The notes under the pieces are model-generated. The model did no database searches, was not told the DNA's origin, and saw nothing but the letters and a program-made list of their open reading frames with translations. The translations under genes were made by a program, and so were the position numbers. This document shows, in pieces, positions 60,359 to 64,000 of a stretch of 64,000 nucleotides of DNA. Position 1 is the first letter of the stretch; every line of letters starts with the position of its first letter. This stretch comes from Entomortierella parvispora E1425 (Eukaryota; Fungi; Mortierellomycota). The DNA is taken from the NCBI GenBank assembly GCA_020891255.1, contig BQFW01000006.1, positions 310,001 to 374,000 on the forward strand, written 5' to 3'.

Positions 60359-61612
60359 GTTACGAAGAGCAACCCCGGTCTTACCGGCAGTGGTTATCAG
60401 CACAACATCCCTGCCGTAGCTCCAGAGGAAGGTTGTCTTGCTCTGCCTTCCGCTCCTTTTGCTGCATCTCCCGCTTTACCTTCATCCCTGGATATATACG
60501 ACTTAGAGCGTTGGATGACTCCTGATCCTGTACTTGAGGAGAGCCTGCCTGGAAGTGAGACGGAAAGTCCTAATGAGGGTCCTAGTGGTGAGCATGGAGA
60601 TCCAGGGCAGGGACAGGTGGTACAGCCAAACCTCGCAGGCGTAAAGGCTGCAGTAGTACATGCGAAAACCCTGCCGTATGTTCAGGACCTCTTCTCAGCA
60701 ACACAGCGCGTTCAGTCTTTAGGGGGCCCGCATTTTATCGGGATCCGGGGTGGATCCAGGCCGGGCGAAATCTGCAAGCGTGGTCGCAGCACACACCAAG
60801 TACCCTGACTTTTCACAGACCCTCGATATCACCGACACCGTGGCTAAAGACATTCAAAAACGATACATGGGATGTCTAAACGCGAAGAAAAAGACCCACG
60901 GGATCGACAAACTGGAGAACACATTGATTGCAGATGTTGCTTCCGTACAAGTGAAGGTCACTCAGGAAAACGGGACAACAGTTTGCGATTGGAGGGCAGC
61001 TGCCCGCGCACTCTATAGTAACCACTTGGACTGGCTCAGACCTCGCCTCGCTGCATTTGAGAAGCTAAGAACCTTTTACGGATCAATCAGTTTCAAGAAG
61101 GATCTCTATGATATGAAGATGGCGATTCGAAGCGACAGAAGCCTGGTCTGTGCAGCGGCTATCATGATGGCCCATATTCCCCACCCGAATGTTCCACCGA
61201 CTGAAGTTCAAGAGTATCGGCCGTTCTTGGAATAGGTGACGGGGACTTTGGCGGCCGAAAGGAAAAAACCTTGGACGAACAAGCGTGGACAGCAAGTGCT
61301 GCTGGAGTCGATTTTCAAAGAGAGTAAGGGGTGTTACATCTAACACCTGGTTCTCTTATACATTATGGGCGAATGCCAATGGCATCCCAGGTGAAGCTCC
61401 AGGAGTTTCTATCCAGTCAGTTCTGCAGCCTATGTCGCTTCCGGGCAGTTCAGAAAGGCAGATCCATCTTCTGTGAAAACTGCAGTTGGGACATTGACAG
61501 AGACCATAACGCTCGCGAAAATCTCGCCAGATGTCTGGGTACTCACCTACAAACACAGACATGGCCAGCGCCTCTCGACAAAGCGCTCGCCAAACTTCAC
61601 TCGCGCGAGTGA
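60359..61612 (+). mobile_element. Fanzor (eukaryotic TnpB/IS200-IS605 OrfB-like RNA-guided nuclease) gene, 5'-truncated, with two frameshifts and one stop
   Basis: RuvC-I GVDPG (about 60747-60761), FYGS..FKK..YD helix, VLGIGDGDFGGRK, RuvC-II LQEFLSSQ, Zn ribbon CSLC...CENC, RuvC-III DRDHNARENL. Confidence 0.85.
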
Positions 61613-61725
61613 GGCGCAGATGGGATGAGCTCAATCTTCTTTACAGCGTCATCGGTAAGTGCAACAAAAAATCCGAGGACAAAAGTACAAACCTTTATAT
61701 TTTCAACTAATTTATGAGCCAGATA

Positions 61726-62218
61726 AAATTAGTGGTGCGCATCTAGTGGTGACCTCACCACTAGACACCACTTAACCACTAGACACCACTAGACACCACT
61801 GGAGGTTTTGGAACCCCTTTATTCATTCTGAATTCGATTCAATATGTAGGTGTGGTTGTATCTCTGCTTGGTATTGCGGTGCAATGGCCGACACGCACCC
61901 CTCGAACAGATGAAAATGCGATGTGCTGCTCCACCCCTTCTGCTCGTTGATTGTCTCTCTTAAAACTACTCTCCTGGTGCCCAGATCAATGTGCAGTCCA
62001 CATGTTTGCACTTTGGCATACTTCCTCTAAGCCCAACAACACTAACCGAGATACCCATTAACAAAAAAAAAAAAAGTGACACACGGGTGTAGTTCAAATC
62101 GGAATTTTATTGGCATGGAGTCTGGTGGCGCGGTGGACTGCCTAGTGGTGCCTAGTGGTCTAGTGGTGCCTAGTGGTGCCTAGTGGTGAGGTCACCACTA
62201 GATGCACACCACTAATTT
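61726..62218. mobile_element. MITE-like element (about 490 bp) with long TIRs made of CACCACTAG subrepeats
   Basis: aaattagtggtgYgcatctagtggtgacctcaccactagRcaccact at the left end matches the reverse complement of the right end. The interior is non-coding. The TSD could be TA or AATT. Confidence 0.88.
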
Positions 62219-62783
62219 CCATGGCACCGGTTGAAGCTAGATGAAAAGTTTTTGTACTCGCGTGACAAATGAGTCTTGGGAGGTAATAACAGATATCCCC
62301 TCAAAGTAAATAAATAGCTGACCCACCATAAATAAAACCACTCGGGATGCCCTGGATCTCTACCGCGCTCGGGAAAAAATCGATCTTCAGGTCCGCCCAC
62401 TTGCAAGACGCGCCACACCACATGTCGATGGAGGACAATTCGGTACCGCCCTATTTGTTGCCCTGACGAGATAAGTCTTGAGACAATGGCACTCGGGAAA
62501 GTCTTTCCTTGACCTTCTGGGACCTGGAATGCCAAGCAGGGGTGGGCTGGAGTACAAGATCATAGACACCTGTCTGTTTCGTAGACACCGCTCCTTCTCC
62601 TATCTTTGGCTCAATGCGGGTTGACATCATTCTCATTTTCTTCTGATCCCAGTGCCCTTGGAGTGCTCTCACTTTCTTTCTTATTTTGAAAGAGCGATGA
62701 GATGGTCCTTTCTGTTCAATTCAATCATTCCTCTCCAGTCAACCATCCATCAATCCGACATTCACACACATTGATCTTAGGAC

Positions 62784-64000
62784 ATGCCGCAAATTGCATC
62801 CAGTCACCGCCAGACTCTGGCCACATTGGTTGTCATTGTCTTTCTCCTAGTGGTCGTTGCTCTCGGCCTTAACGTGACTCTTCTGAATCAGTCCGCGCCA
62901 AGCAACAGCCATTGCATCGCGCGCCCCCCCGCGGACAACAACAGCAACGACAACAGCACCAGTGGTCAAGACGACCAAGACCCCATCATCACCGACGACG
63001 ACCTCGACTTTTCAGACACGCTCTTTGACTCGACCCACCTTGCTGTCCTAAAGGAACCCACGACCCCTCCAGAGTCCCTACCCTCCGACCCTTATGCACA
63101 CTATATCTATCGAAAAGTGTTCCCTCTGCCAAAATCCATGGAAGGTTTGAAGGGACCTGGCGGAAAGGGTCCAAAACGCTCTAGAACGAGGACAATTGTT
63201 ATTGGGGATGTCCACGGGCATCTCGACGGATTTAATTCGTTCCTGAAAAAAATTTCGTACGACAAGAAAGAAGATTCGTTGATCCTTGCAGGCGACATTG
63301 TCACCAAAGGAGACCAGTCACTTGGGATCATTGACCGTGCACGCGAGCTTGGTGCTTACTGTGTCAGAGGCAACCATGACGACAAGGTCGTGCGCTGGAG
63401 GGGCTTTTTGGACAGCCTGTCACTTGTGGAACTTCAGAGCTTGGATGAAACGGACCCCGAAAACGACGACTACCACAGGAACGAGGACGTGGAGATAGAC
63501 ATGGAGGATCCATCATCTCAGATGAAGATGTCGCCCCTCAAAAAAGATCCCTCCTGGCGACCCAAGATTCCCTCAGACCTCAACCGAAAGTCCCCACACT
63601 ATCATTTGGCGCGGTCCATGAGCAAGGCCCAGTACCAATATCTCAGGAAGTGCCCATTAATTCTCTCCCTCCCTCGAGAACTGTCCCCTCACAACATCCC
63701 AGTTCATGTTGTCCATGCAGGAATTGACCCGAGCCGCGATATCCTAAAGCAAAAGCCTTGGGTCCTTGTCAATGTTCGCAACTTGCTCAAAGATGGAACT
63801 CCGTCTAACCAAAGAGATCGGGGATTGGGATGGGCCAAGGCTTTTAATGAGCTCCATTGCGAAAAACCTCGCAAAAAGGACGAGGACGGTTTGCGCCCCG
63901 AACCGGACCTTGATTTTATGATCGTCTATGGCCATGATGCAAGTCGGTCCTTGAATGTGATGCCATGGTCTGTTGGTCTCGATACTGGCTGCGTTTATGG
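62784..64000 (+). CDS. Calcineurin-like metallophosphoesterase with N-terminal membrane anchor (Ppn2/ApaH-like), runs off the window end
   Basis: ATG at 62784, hydrophobic TLVVIVFLLVVVALGL, then IGDVHG, AGDIVTKG, RGNHD, VHAG, VYGHD, GLDTGCVYG in one open frame. Confidence 0.93.
   Translation, partial: MPQIASSHRQTLATLVVIVFLLVVVALGLNVTLLNQSAPSNSHCIARPPADNNSNDNSTSGQDDQDPIITDDDLDFSDTLFDSTHLAVLKEPTTPPESLPSDPYAHYIYRKVFPLPKSMEGLKGPGGKGPKRSRTRTIVIGDVHGHLDGFNSFLKKISYDKKEDSLILAGDIVTKGDQSLGIIDRARELGAYCVRGNHDDKVVRWRGFLDSLSLVELQSLDETDPENDDYHRNEDVEIDMEDPSSQMKMSPLKKDPSWRPKIPSDLNRKSPHYHLARSMSKAQYQYLRKCPLILSLPRELSPHNIPVHVVHAGIDPSRDILKQKPWVLVNVRNLLKDGTPSNQRDRGLGWAKAFNELHCEKPRKKDEDGLRPEPDLDFMIVYGHDASRSLNVMPWSVGLDTGCVY

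Noticed and set aside
62212-62672. Minus-strand ORFs between the MITE and the phosphoesterase as a kinase or TE remnant
   Set aside because: Coding-like but I could not assign any diagnostic motif.

Overview
Eukaryotic fungal genomic DNA. It has short GT-AG introns with long poly-A/T tracts, and gene families typical of Mortierellaceae (Mucoromycota); the taxon is an inference. Ordinary housekeeping genes: an FAD monooxygenase, a TlpA-like thioredoxin, PMS1/PMS2 MutL, a Sec7-PH Arf-GEF, a START-domain protein and a Ppn2/ApaH-like phosphoesterase. These surround two accessory zones. Zone 1 (about 4-38 kb) is an effector/immunity birth-and-death island. It holds an ARM-NACHT-HEAT NLR with a premature stop, three Crinkler-type nuclease genes, two broken Tse2-like ADP-ribosyltransferases, a small Cys-rich secreted protein, zinc-finger pseudogenes, a 23-bp minisatellite and a large repeat protein with a spliced-on SH3 domain. 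Zone 2 (about 52-62 kb) holds a divergent HSPA12-like Hsp70 / GrpE-like gene pair, a gypsy relic, an intact secreted sedolisin whose three catalytic residues are all replaced, a disrupted Fanzor (eukaryotic TnpB) gene and a MITE. Best candidates for novelty: the Fanzor locus, the pseudo-sedolisin, the Hsp70/GrpE-like pair, and the Roco-tail/SH3 protein. Family assignments come from motif recognition by eye, not from database searches. Splice sites and translations were read manually.
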